A stretch of 64,000 nt of DNA from an uncultured Verrucomicrobiae bacterium (GTDB lineage Bacteria; Verrucomicrobiota; Verrucomicrobiia; Limisphaerales; Palsa-1400). Location of the stretch: NCBI GenBank assembly GCA_963702845.1, contig OY969763.1, positions 5,760,001-5,824,000 of the forward strand, written 5' to 3'. Positions 21,702 through 31,310 of this stretch are shown here, in pieces. Each line of letters starts with the position of its first letter. Within the stretch, counting starts at the first letter, position 1. The position numbers and the translations under genes were made by a program. Under the pieces are notes generated by a model. That model was not told where the DNA came from, searched no databases, and worked only from the letters and a program-made list of their open reading frames with translations.

Positions 21702-22706
21702 GTGATGTATCGAATTCTGTTGCTCATCCGTAATAAACGAAATCGCCAGGCACTGGAAACGGGCCTGGAGGAGGATTTTCAACTCGTTTCGAGCGACACA
21801 GAAACGGCCTCACAATCCGAAAACCCGACCGAACGTCTGCATCGTCTACTCGAAGAACATTTTGACCTCGCCATCATCGATGGGCCGATGTTGAAGCAAC
21901 TGAAATCGAAAGTGCGTAAATGCCGCGAGGCGCGAGCTCCGGTGTTTTTGCCATTCCTGCTGCTGACGGTGCGGCACAAAGGGAACATTCCAACGCGGGC
22001 CCTGGGCAAGCTGGTGGATGACGTGATCGTAAAGCCGGTGCATCGGAATGAATTGCGGGCGCGCGTGGAGAATTTATTGCGCCGCCGCGAGCTGTCACTT
22101 GTTTACAAAAAGGAGCATGACACGGTGACGCGGTTGGTGGTGACGGATGACGTGACCGGTTATCACAACACGCGTTATTTGCGCCGCTACATGGACAAAT
22201 TTTTCGGCGCACAGAAGTTGCGCGGCAAACGGCTGTCGTTGGTTTTCTTTGATATCGATGATTTCAAAAATGTCGTGGACACCTACGGGCATCAGATGGG
22301 AAGCAAGGTTTTGCGGGAGATTGCGCAGGCGGTGAATAAGGTGCTGGATCCGGAAGATCGCATTGTGCGTTATGGCGGCGATGAGTTTGTCGTGGTTTTG
22401 CCTGGACAAGACAGGGCGGCTGCGGCGCTGAAGGTGGAGGCAATGCGCGAGGCGATCAGCGAAACGGAGTTTTTGGACAGGGAAGAATTTTACGTGCGTG
22501 TGACGGCGTCGTTCGGAATGGCGACGTTTCCGCACGATGCGAAGGATGAGGAAGGGTTGCTGGCGTCGGCGGACGAATGTTTATTCGCAAGCAAGCGCGA
22601 AGGTAAAAACCGCATCACGCTCCCGCGCAGTCGACGAAATATGTATGCGTTCAGTCTGCGGCAGGGGCCACCAACTGTTCGCGAGAAACCTCGCCCTGAG
22701 GAGTGA
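21702..22706 (+). CDS. Diguanylate cyclase with an N-terminal receiver-like domain
   Basis: FDLAIIDG, VIVKPV; DIDDFKNVVDTYGHQMG, RYGGDEF. Confidence 0.9.
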   Translation: MMYRILLLIRNKRNRQALETGLEEDFQLVSSDTETASQSENPTERLHRLLEEHFDLAIIDGPMLKQLKSKVRKCREARAPVFLPFLLLTVRHKGNIPTRALGKLVDDVIVKPVHRNELRARVENLLRRRELSLVYKKEHDTVTRLVVTDDVTGYHNTRYLRRYMDKFFGAQKLRGKRLSLVFFDIDDFKNVVDTYGHQMGSKVLREIAQAVNKVLDPEDRIVRYGGDEFVVVLPGQDRAAAALKVEAMREAISETEFLDREEFYVRVTASFGMATFPHDAKDEEGLLASADECLFASKREGKNRITLPRSRRNMYAFSLRQGPPTVREKPRPEE

Positions 22707-23574
22707 CGCGGAAAGTAAAGGGCACGCCGCGGGGCATGAGGGCGCTGCGGAATTCCAAACCGTAAACGATGGCGGCCTGGTGGTCGGAAGATTCGCGCCA
22801 GACTGGCGTTAAAAAAAATGCGTCGAAACGAGCGGCAGCTTCAGTTTTGCGGGCGGCTTCGACGATCGGCGTTTTTTCTTCTGGAATGATTTTAGCCAAC
22901 AACTCGATTTTGCGATGGAACGGGTAGGCGAGGTAGTGCTCGTAAATTTCGGGCTGCTGCACGACGGCGCGAAAGCGTTGCGGACCGAATGGCTCGGGAT
23001 AGATGTAGATTGGCGCGGTGCTGTTGGATTGTGCGCGGGCGAGGGTAATTGAAGTGTTGCTGCACCACTCACAGATGCCGACGTAAACTGCGATGAGGCA
23101 AAGGCCGGTTTGCCAAATACGCGTCGTTCGTTCTGGCCGAACGCGACTCAAAGCCCAGGAGGCGATCAAAAGTGCCCAGATCATCAGGTCGATGATGTAA
23201 ATCCAATTGAGGCTGACGCGACGCCAATCGAACGGCCAGAAGAGCACGACGCCGTATGCGTTCCATAAATCGGCGAACAGATGGCCCGCGACGCCGAGAG
23301 TTGTTAAACCAAATACCACCGGCCAGGAGAGGTTTGGGTAATAGCGACGAAAGACGAACGTCGCGAGCACGATCAGAATCGCCGCGCCTAGAAAAGAATG
23401 AGTTGGAGTGCGACGCCACAAGAATGCGATTGGTCCGCCGAACAGGCACACGACGTCGAGATCGGGCAGATTTGACGCGACTGCGAGGATGACGGTCGTG
23501 CCGCGGCCGAATTTTTGCGAAAGGCCAGCGCGAGCCATTCCGATACCGATCAGAGTGTGAGTGAGGTTGTCCAA
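22651..23574 (-). CDS. Membrane-bound metal-dependent hydrolase (YdjM-like)
   Basis: MDNLTHTL, SNLPDLD, RTPTHS, HLFADLWNAYG. Confidence 0.85.
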   Translation of the reverse strand: MDNLTHTLIGIGMARAGLSQKFGRGTTVILAVASNLPDLDVVCLFGGPIAFLWRRTPTHSFLGAAILIVLATFVFRRYYPNLSWPVVFGLTTLGVAGHLFADLWNAYGVVLFWPFDWRRVSLNWIYIIDLMIWALLIASWALSRVRPERTTRIWQTGLCLIAVYVGICEWCSNTSITLARAQSNSTAPIYIYPEPFGPQRFRAVVQQPEIYEHYLAYPFHRKIELLAKIIPEEKTPIVEAARKTEAAARFDAFFLTPVWRESSDHQAAIVYGLEFRSALMPRGVPFTFRVTPQGEVSREQLVAPAAD

Positions 23575-23658
23575 TTGTCAGAATTTAAAGCAAAAAATTT
23601 TAACGTGCGCAACGTTCGTATATTTAGTTTACTAGCGGAAACCAATTCAGACCGCATT

Positions 23659-24366
23659 ATGATCCCGCAAGAGTCCGCGCAATATAAGATTTGGGGTGTC
23701 GACCAGGCCGTTTACGGACCCGTTGAAATATCGACGTTGATTTCGTGGATTCAGGACGACCGCGTCACGGCGGAAACATGGCTTTTCGATGTGCGCAAGG
23801 AAGCGTGGCACAAAGCGTCGGCGTTGCCGGAATTGAAATCCGTCTTGAAGGCTAGCTCCGGCGCGTTAGACACCTCTGCCCCGACTGGCGTTAGTGGACA
23901 GTTCAAGCCGGGAATGTTGCGACGGGTCAAAGTGCTGGCGGATTTGCGCGACGAGCAGCTTGAGCGCTTTGCCAGTTTCATGGTGCTGGAACCGATCCGG
24001 CAATGGACGGAGTTGGTGAGGCAAGGGATGGCTGGTGACACGATGTATTTAATTTTAGACGGTGAATTTCGCGTTCGCCTCATGATCGGCGGCAAGGAAA
24101 CGATTCTGGCGCAGCTTGGCGCGGGGGATTGTTTCGGCGAAATCGCGTTGTTCGACGACGGCACGCGTTCGGCGGATGTGGTGGCGAACAAGGATTGCAC
24201 GGTCCTGAAAATTTCCAAAGAAAGACTGACGCGACTGATCGAGGAAGCGCCGGATTTGGCGGCTCCGTTTTTGTTCGCGATCGGAAAGACGCTGGCGGCG
24301 CGGATTCGCGTCGACAACAAGAAGATCAAGGATTCGGTGACCTTGGCTCGTGGCGGCGCTTACTGA
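23659..24366 (+). CDS. Cyclic-nucleotide-binding protein with an N-terminal GYF_2-like domain
   Basis: YGPV..LISWIQDDRV...W; MYLILDG, FGEIALFDDGTRSADV; no HTH at the C-terminus. Confidence 0.82.
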   Translation: MIPQESAQYKIWGVDQAVYGPVEISTLISWIQDDRVTAETWLFDVRKEAWHKASALPELKSVLKASSGALDTSAPTGVSGQFKPGMLRRVKVLADLRDEQLERFASFMVLEPIRQWTELVRQGMAGDTMYLILDGEFRVRLMIGGKETILAQLGAGDCFGEIALFDDGTRSADVVANKDCTVLKISKERLTRLIEEAPDLAAPFLFAIGKTLAARIRVDNKKIKDSVTLARGGAY

Positions 24367-24369
24367 GCC

Positions 24370-27300
24370 TTACCACGTCGGCGAATTTATCCAGGTTGCA
24401 CCTGCGCTGTTGGTGGCTTTTCTAATCACGATTCCTGCGCCCGCTGTGAACACCTGGTCTGCACCAACGTCTGTTGAGCCAGCGCCAACACGTCGCCAGG
24501 CGCTGCTCCAGTAGTAATAGATCGCGGACGAGGATTTGTTTTTCTGCGCGACCGAATTGTCGAAGATTTGCAACTCATCGGTCCGATTGCCGGGAAGGGG
24601 ACTGGCCAAGAACGCGCCGCTGGTAATCAAACCAGAATCGTTGAGCGAGACCGCGACCGGACGAGGCAATGCGACGTAGTTATCCTGTTGCGTAGAGGGC
24701 GAGGCCTGGAGTTGCACTGCGATTTTGGCGGATACGACTGAGCCTAAGACTGTCAGGATTGAGTTGGTGGGAACGTTATGGCGGACAATGAAGAAGGAGT
24801 TTGGAGACAAAATATCGTCGCTGTGACTCGTGCTGCCCTGGCCGACTTGTTTCCAAACGCCCGCATTGAAATAGAGAACTGTCGTCGCGCTCAAGTTGAT
24901 GCCGGTTGTTGTCGTGTCGGGTAAGAGCGCTTCGGTGTAGCGATTTCCGGGCGTGGGCGAAGCAAAAATTCCGGCGCCATTCGGGAAGAGCGTTGCTGGC
25001 GTCCAGTAGGCTTCGATAGTCAGGTTGTCGCCAGTGATAACCGAGCCAAGCGAATCTGTGCCGAGACTCAACGTGAGCGCGTTCGCGCTATTGGTAGTAA
25101 TCGGATAGAATTTTCCGGCGACTGCGCCGGAGGTGAATCGGGCGAAATAAGAATTCGTTTGAACACCCGCGGAATAGACGAATTGGTTCGGAATCCAGTT
25201 GGGCGAGCCGTTGACGGTGACAACATTTCCCGCTACGGAACCGACAGTTTCAGCTATGACACCTGCGCGTGTGTAAGGAACCGAAACAAACGTGTCGGAG
25301 TTGCCTAGGAGTGCCAATTCATTGAAGCCCGCGAACTCGCTGCTTTGTTGCGCGGCGAACAGGCGATAGACGCGTTGTGTACTAATCAGCGCACTGTCCA
25401 ACGTCTTGATGGTTGTGCCGGCCGCTATGCAGTTCGAGAGTGTTGTCCACTGGGCATCGAGCAAAGAGTTTTTGTATTGGAACGCGTAAGTGTTGCCGGG
25501 ATCAGTGGTCCATTGCATCGATATAGTTTGATCGGCATTCGATGTCATGCTGAGCAGGCGCATGGGCGAAATATTAACCGTCAGCACTGCGTCCGCGCTT
25601 GTGGTCGAACCTACGCTATTGCCAACGATTACAGAATAACTGCCGGCATCCGCCGCGGTGACGTTGCTGCGGGTGTAGGTCGAAGCGTTCGCGCCGGAAA
25701 TCGATGTGCCATCGAACCGCCATTGGTAATTGAAAGGTGACGTGCCGATTACAGCTACGGCAAACGCTGCGCTCGATCCGAGGCCGGTTGTCTGGCTCTG
25801 CGGTTGTTGGGTGATTGCAGGATCGCGCACGGTCAGGACGGCATCGCTGCTGGTGACGTAATTGAAATCGTTCATCACAAGGACATGATATGAACCAGCG
25901 TCATTGATTGTAACGCTGCTCAGCGGGAGCGATGAATTGGTTGCATTGGCAACGCTTGTTCCGTTTTTCTGCCATTGATAACGCAGCGTGCTGCTGCTGG
26001 ATGCGTTGACGGTGAAGGTTGCGTTCGCGCCGAAATTGACAGTCGTGCTTTGTGGCTGCGAGCTGATGGAAGGCGCGGTTGCGCCGGATTCAGCACCGGC
26101 GGGTTCAACGCGGAGATTGGCGAACAAGCCGAATTGGTAATTTGTCGCGGCTACGGTCGCAAAAGGATCCATGTAACCGATGAAGACATTATTTCCGGAG
26201 ATTACCGGATTCGTAACTGTTGCAATTCTCACGCCGTCGATCGACCAGATGACGAGGTTGTTTGTTTTCTTCACGATGACTTCATGCCATGCGAATCCAA
26301 GCGAGCCGTTGTTGGCCGTTCCGGTTTGAGTTGATGGGGCAAGCGCTGTTTGCGCGGCTGGAACGGTGTTGCCCGGGAACGCAGTGGTGTAATAGGTGTT
26401 GCCGTGAAAAGTGGCTGGGTTGGCGTTGTTCGGCGCTGCGTAGACGCCGGTGTTCGTTTTAACCAGAGTTGCAGCCGCGCCCGACGTTATGTTCGTAAAC
26501 ATCGCGTAATCGGGATAGACGGAGGTCGCCGCCGCGCCACCGTCCGTGTCGGCCAGCACCCAAACGCCATTAGCGGTATTGCCTGCTTGCGCCCATTCGA
26601 TCCGATCACCGGTTGTACCGATGCCGGCGATAAAGGCTTCGGTCGAACCAGTTCCGCCCGCCGGTTCAGGGCCGTTGCAATTCAGCCAAACGTTGAAACG
26701 TAATTGATAATCGCCAGTGAAGCTCTGGTTTTTCGGTGAAAAACTGATCGAGGCGACCTGTGCCGCGGATAGATTCGCTTCAAGTTTCAAAGCCTTGGTA
26801 CCGCTTGATCCGGCCAATTGCGGGACGCCGACGGTCGAATAATCAAATGCAAATGTGTAACGATTGTCGGTCGCGCTCGAGGAGTTAGTGTTGTAGTTGG
26901 CGAGCGTATTCGCATTAAGCGGGTCGAAGAACCAACCCCCGATTGTGAAATTTGCATTTGCACTCGTGACAGACCCATAGGCGTTCGTCACGACGACCGA
27001 GTAGTAGCCAATGTTCGTGCTTTGCGCATTCGAAATCGTAAACGTCGAACTGGTCGCGCCGGCAATGTCAACGCTATCAAAACGCCATTGATAAGAGAGC
27101 GGCGACGTGCCGAGTGCATTCACATTGAATGTCGCCGTTCCGTCTATCGCAGCGGTTTGCGCTTGCGGTTGGGTCTGGATGGAAGGCGGCGCGTTGACAG
27201 TGAGGATGGCATTGCCGCTGGTGGCGGAACCAACGTTGTTGGTGACAACGACCGAATAGGAAGCAATGTCAGACGAGCTTGCGTTGTTGATTGTGTAACT

Positions 27301-29445
27301 GGTGCCGATCGCGCCACCGATTGGACTGTTGTTCTTGCGCCATTGATAAGCCAGTGGTGCGTCGCCCGATGCACCTATTGTAAATGTTGCGCTGTTGCCG
27401 GCGGAAACCGTTTGCGATTGAGGTTGTGTTGCGATCGACGGCGGCGTGAGCACAACCAGGATGGCGTTTAAACTCGTCGTTGAACCCGACGTGTTGCTGA
27501 TGACAACTGCATAGCTGCCGGCATCTGCTGATTGGACATTGCTGCGGGTGTAAGTGCTGCTGGTCGCGCCGCCGATATTCACGTTGTTCAATCGCCATTG
27601 GTAACTTAATGGCGAAGTCCCACCGGCGTTCACGGTGAAGGGAGCATTGTTACCTGCGAGCAAAGTTTGGCTGGCAGGTTGCGAGGTGACAACTGGAGCG
27701 GTCGCGGCGACGTAGACGCGCACGTTGTCAAAAATGCCATAGTTATCCTGTGGAACTGAGGAAATGGACGCGAACGGATCCATGTAACCGATCATCGCCG
27801 CGCCGCTGGTGTAGGTGGTTGTGTTAGTGCGTTGAGCGACGAGTTGGCCGTTGATTTGGAAATAAATATTCTTGTTGATGTGAGCGAGTTCGCACTTGAT
27901 CCAATGTTTTCCGCTCGCACCTTGCGTTTCGAAGGCGGGCGAGTGGAAAAGAGATTGGAAGAACGGATCCGAATAATGATCACGTGTTGCGCCACTTGCT
28001 GACATGCCACTGTTGGCGAAGCTCAGCAACGTTGGCGCCGCAGCTCCGGCGCCTTGATACGCGCGATAGTCGTCGCCCCCGGTCGCACCATCTCCGGCCC
28101 ACGTGAAGAACAAGCCATCACTAGCGCTGCCACCGGCCCAGTCAACGCGCGTGCCGGTATGGTTCAGGCCGCAACTCGCAAATTCCGTCGAACCGTTGGT
28201 GCCGCCTGGTCCACCCGCGTAATTGACCCAGGCGTCAAACCGCAGGATGTAATCGCCACTAAACGTCAGTCCCTTTGGATATAAACTCAAAGCTGAAGTT
28301 GCGGCGGTTCCGTCGTTTTTATTGCAGGTGACTTTCAGGCCATGCGTGCCGGTTCCGCTCGGGGCAGTCGGTATGAAACTGGTCACGCCATTAGTGACAT
28401 AGGTTTGAGTGCTGTAATCGATCGCCCAGTTGGTTGTGTAATCCGTGGAACTCGTAAACAGGTTCCACCGCGACGCGCTGTTCGTTTCAAAAGTGTCCGA
28501 AAACGATAGCACCCAGGCCGGGCTGACCGTAAGCGTCGCGACACGGCTGGTAATGGAACCCAGCGAATTACTCGCAATCAGGGAGTAACTGCCGACGCTT
28601 GCGGCTTGTGCATTCGTAATCGTGTAAGAGCTGCTCGTTGCGCCGGAAATTGGAGAACCGTTTTTCGTCCATTGCAGGAACATCGTGTTTGATCCTTGAA
28701 CCGTCGCCGTGAATGTCGCGTTGGTTCCGGCATCAACTAGCTGACTGTAAGGCTGCGTCGAAATCGCGGGCGCGCCTGTAAGCAACGCCATGAAATGCGT
28801 CCAATCCCAAAACACGCCGGGGTCGGTGTGATCGTTGCAGGTCGTGTCGATGGTCGGAAAGTTGATCGCCATCCAGTTTGTCCAGGTTGGGTTCTGCCAT
28901 TCATTGTGGCCGATGATGTGATTGCGGTCTTTGGCAATGTTATATTTATTGCAGAGGTAGCGTTGTAGTTTCGACGACGCCAAATACATTTCTTCGGTAT
29001 ACCAGCATGGATTGCTGACGAACCCTTCGTGCTCAGTCCCAAACATCCACGTGTTCCAACAGACGACGTGCCAGGCGTATTTCGATTCGAGCACTGATTG
29101 TGTGATGTCACCTTGTGCGGCGTCGTTCGTCACTTCGGTAGATTCGACATTTCCCTTTGTATCGATTCCGTTTTGCAAGCCGTTCACCAAATAGTAAACG
29201 CTGGCGCTGACGTTGAAAGAGCCGTTGGTGTTCAGGTCGCAGCGGTTGAGATACGAAACTGAAGACTCGTAGTAACCTTCCATGTCGTGAATAACACAGA
29301 ACTTATGACCGTTGCCGCTATTGTAATATTTCGTACAAGCCGCCGGCACCCAATGCGCGAGCGGATAATCCGGCTGCGCAAATGCTCTGGAGGCGAGAGC
29401 GAGAAAAAGTAAACCGAAAACGAAAGTTATGAAACGAGCACGCAC
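24370..29445 (-). CDS. Large secreted N-acetylmuramoyl-L-alanine amidase (Amidase_2) with six Ig-like repeats, two duplicated beta-rich domains and a TIGR02597-like C-terminal domain
   Basis: Signal peptide; amidase motifs VIHDMEG, EHEG, IIGHNE, HTDPG; repeats of PxIxxQP..YQW..GSYSVVV; tail beginning LGNSDTFVSVPYTR. Confidence 0.82.
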   Translation of the reverse strand: MRARFITFVFGLLFLALASRAFAQPDYPLAHWVPAACTKYYNSGNGHKFCVIHDMEGYYESSVSYLNRCDLNTNGSFNVSASVYYLVNGLQNGIDTKGNVESTEVTNDAAQGDITQSVLESKYAWHVVCWNTWMFGTEHEGFVSNPCWYTEEMYLASSKLQRYLCNKYNIAKDRNHIIGHNEWQNPTWTNWMAINFPTIDTTCNDHTDPGVFWDWTHFMALLTGAPAISTQPYSQLVDAGTNATFTATVQGSNTMFLQWTKNGSPISGATSSSYTITNAQAASVGSYSLIASNSLGSITSRVATLTVSPAWVLSFSDTFETNSASRWNLFTSSTDYTTNWAIDYSTQTYVTNGVTSFIPTAPSGTGTHGLKVTCNKNDGTAATSALSLYPKGLTFSGDYILRFDAWVNYAGGPGGTNGSTEFASCGLNHTGTRVDWAGGSASDGLFFTWAGDGATGGDDYRAYQGAGAAAPTLLSFANSGMSASGATRDHYSDPFFQSLFHSPAFETQGASGKHWIKCELAHINKNIYFQINGQLVAQRTNTTTYTSGAAMIGYMDPFASISSVPQDNYGIFDNVRVYVAATAPVVTSQPASQTLLAGNNAPFTVNAGGTSPLSYQWRLNNVNIGGATSSTYTRSNVQSADAGSYAVVISNTSGSTTSLNAILVVLTPPSIATQPQSQTVSAGNSATFTIGASGDAPLAYQWRKNNSPIGGAIGTSYTINNASSSDIASYSVVVTNNVGSATSGNAILTVNAPPSIQTQPQAQTAAIDGTATFNVNALGTSPLSYQWRFDSVDIAGATSSTFTISNAQSTNIGYYSVVVTNAYGSVTSANANFTIGGWFFDPLNANTLANYNTNSSSATDNRYTFAFDYSTVGVPQLAGSSGTKALKLEANLSAAQVASISFSPKNQSFTGDYQLRFNVWLNCNGPEPAGGTGSTEAFIAGIGTTGDRIEWAQAGNTANGVWVLADTDGGAAATSVYPDYAMFTNITSGAAATLVKTNTGVYAAPNNANPATFHGNTYYTTAFPGNTVPAAQTALAPSTQTGTANNGSLGFAWHEVIVKKTNNLVIWSIDGVRIATVTNPVISGNNVFIGYMDPFATVAATNYQFGLFANLRVEPAGAESGATAPSISSQPQSTTVNFGANATFTVNASSSSTLRYQWQKNGTSVANATNSSLPLSSVTINDAGSYHVLVMNDFNYVTSSDAVLTVRDPAITQQPQSQTTGLGSSAAFAVAVIGTSPFNYQWRFDGTSISGANASTYTRSNVTAADAGSYSVIVGNSVGSTTSADAVLTVNISPMRLLSMTSNADQTISMQWTTDPGNTYAFQYKNSLLDAQWTTLSNCIAAGTTIKTLDSALISTQRVYRLFAAQQSSEFAGFNELALLGNSDTFVSVPYTRAGVIAETVGSVAGNVVTVNGSPNWIPNQFVYSAGVQTNSYFARFTSGAVAGKFYPITTNSANALTLSLGTDSLGSVITGDNLTIEAYWTPATLFPNGAGIFASPTPGNRYTEALLPDTTTTGINLSATTVLYFNAGVWKQVGQGSTSHSDDILSPNSFFIVRHNVPTNSILTVLGSVVSAKIAVQLQASPSTQQDNYVALPRPVAVSLNDSGLITSGAFLASPLPGNRTDELQIFDNSVAQKNKSSSAIYYYWSSAWRRVGAGSTDVGADQVFTAGAGIVIRKATNSAGATWINSPTW

Positions 29446-29549
29446 GGGATTGGAAAAGATGGTGTTATTGTATCAATAACACACCTTTAACCCAATCAAA
29501 AAAGCGCTGAACGTGATTAGGGAAGTTGCTGATGCGCAACCACCAGCGA

Positions 29550-30338
29550 TTACCTCATAACGCGTCTCAAAGCCGCTACGCGTGCCGGATCGACTAGATT
29601 GTCCAACTTGCCATCGCGTTTGAGTGAGCTGCCCACAATCGCTCCGTTGATGAACGGCAGAAGAGTGTCGGCGTTGTCTTTGTTGAATCCACTGCCAATG
29701 AGAATGGGGGCATCATGAACAGCGCGGCGCACCGTTTGCACGTCATCGAGCGAAGCGGGATGGCCGGTGCCGACGCCTGACACGATCAGGGCGCTGACCG
29801 CGCCGCGTTCCCAGGTGTCGCGCGCGGCGTCTTCGAGTGTCCAATCGCCGAACGGAACGGCGTGTTTAACGTGGACGTCGGTGAGAATCTGCACGCCCGG
29901 ACAAAGTTGTTGGCGCGCGCGGACGGTGTCGTAAGCCTGGCCTTCAATCAATCCCTGGTCGGTGATCATCGCGCCGCTGTGGATGTTGACGCGAATAAAC
30001 GAACCATCACAGGACGCGGCCAAACCGACGGCTGCACGAGCGTCGTTGCGCAAAACATTGTAGCCGATGGGCAACTTCGTCGTGGCGCGCACCGCGGTGC
30101 CAGCTCGAGCCATGGCCGCAATTGTTTCAGGAGCGACCGATTTGCTGGTGAAGGGCGCGTCACCGAAATTCTCGATGACCAACGCGTCGGCCCCGCCTTT
30201 TTCGTAAGCTTTCGTGTCGGCGACCGCGCGGTCGATGATCGCGCCAAAATTGCCGCCGTAGTTCGGCGCGCCGGGCAGGGCAGGGAGGTGAATGACGCCA
30301 ATCAACAGCTTTTTCCGCTTAAAATCCAAGGTCTTCAT
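29550..30338 (-). CDS. BtpA/SgcQ family TIM-barrel protein
   Basis: IGVIHLPALPGAP, IENFGDAPF, NVLRND, DVHVKH, IVGSSLK. Confidence 0.92.
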   Translation of the reverse strand: MKTLDFKRKKLLIGVIHLPALPGAPNYGGNFGAIIDRAVADTKAYEKGGADALVIENFGDAPFTSKSVAPETIAAMARAGTAVRATTKLPIGYNVLRNDARAAVGLAASCDGSFIRVNIHSGAMITDQGLIEGQAYDTVRARQQLCPGVQILTDVHVKHAVPFGDWTLEDAARDTWERGAVSALIVSGVGTGHPASLDDVQTVRRAVHDAPILIGSGFNKDNADTLLPFINGAIVGSSLKRDGKLDNLVDPARVAALRRVMR

Positions 30339-30387
30339 TTTGGCGAACTCTACTGCTGCGGAAAGATTAGACGAGCCAAAATCATAG

Positions 30388-30453
30388 GCCGCGCGAGTGA
30401 GCAAGCGGTTTTTTGCGACGGTAGTTGTAAACCCGCTTGCTCACGCGCGCGGC
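30388..30453. repeat. Inverted pair of 21-bp REP-like sequences
   Basis: GCCGCGCGAGTGAGCAAGCGG (30388-30408) and CCGCTTGCTCACGCGCGCGGC (30433-30453) are complementary at 20 of 21 positions. Confidence 0.8.
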
Positions 30454-30471
30454 TCTGTTCATCATCTTTGC

Positions 30472-30948
30472 ATGGAATCCCACGAGTTGTTGCAACAGGT
30501 ATTTCAAAAGACGAGCCCGAAGGAAGCGGCGGCGCAATTAGGATTGTCGCTATCGATGATCTATAAATGGGCCGAACCGAGGGACCAAAAGAGCGGAGCG
30601 GCCAATCCGCTCGACCGCATCGACGCGCTGATCAAGTGCAGCAACGATCCGCGCATCGTGCAATGGATTTGCCAGCGGGCGGGTGGATTTTTCATCAAAA
30701 ATCCGAAAGCGGCTAATGCCCATCCAACGTTTCTCGTGCCTGCGATGAATGAGGTCGTCCAGGAGTTCGCCGATTTGTTGGCGGTCATGGCCAATGCTGC
30801 CACTGACAGCAACATTACTGCGCAAGAAGCCAAAAACATCCGGGCGCGCTGGGAAGAATTGAAATGCGTGACCGAGGGTTTCGTGCAGTGTTGCGAGGAG
30901 GGGAATTTTCGCTCGATGAAAAAAGAGCCGGAGAAAAAATCCGATTAG
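30472..30948 (+). CDS. Phage CII/CP76-like HTH regulatory protein
   Basis: HTH-like segment PKEAAAQLGLSLSMIYKWAE, then NPLDRI and a helical tail (DSNITAQEAKNIR). Confidence 0.65.
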   Translation: MESHELLQQVFQKTSPKEAAAQLGLSLSMIYKWAEPRDQKSGAANPLDRIDALIKCSNDPRIVQWICQRAGGFFIKNPKAANAHPTFLVPAMNEVVQEFADLLAVMANAATDSNITAQEAKNIRARWEELKCVTEGFVQCCEEGNFRSMKKEPEKKSD

Positions 30949-31268
30949 TCGCCGGCCGGAGGCAAATCGCGCCCATCAATTAGATCAACGGAATAGGTTT
31001 CGGGAAGCGTGCCAGAAGGCACGTTGCGTAAAGTCGATGGCTTCAACGTGCTGGCTCTAATTGCATGGGGAACGTCCGATTGCGGAATCGCGGTGCGCTG
31101 ATCAACAATGACCATCGTGGGAGCGGTCGATGCGCCGAGAGGGATGTGGGCCCGGAACGTTTGTGCATGGTGCGGTTGGTTGAGCACACCGATTAAAATG
31201 TAGCACAGGACGAAGCCTCCGATGAATCCGCCCAAAGCCCACTTCAGTTCCTTGCCAACGGCTTTCAT
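30945..31268 (-). CDS. Hypothetical protein with one transmembrane helix
   Basis: The ORF fills the gap after the agmatine deiminase gene; hydrophobic segment WALGGFIGGFVLCYILIGVL. Confidence 0.55.
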   Translation of the reverse strand: MKAVGKELKWALGGFIGGFVLCYILIGVLNQPHHAQTFRAHIPLGASTAPTMVIVDQRTAIPQSDVPHAIRASTLKPSTLRNVPSGTLPETYSVDLIDGRDLPPAGD

Positions 31269-31310
31269 AAGCAAACTTTTATCCGCACCGATTGCAAAAG
31301 CAATCTTTGG

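Noticed and set aside
30472..31274. Prophage remnant
   Set aside because: Only one CII-like gene is present, with no integrase, att site or structural genes.
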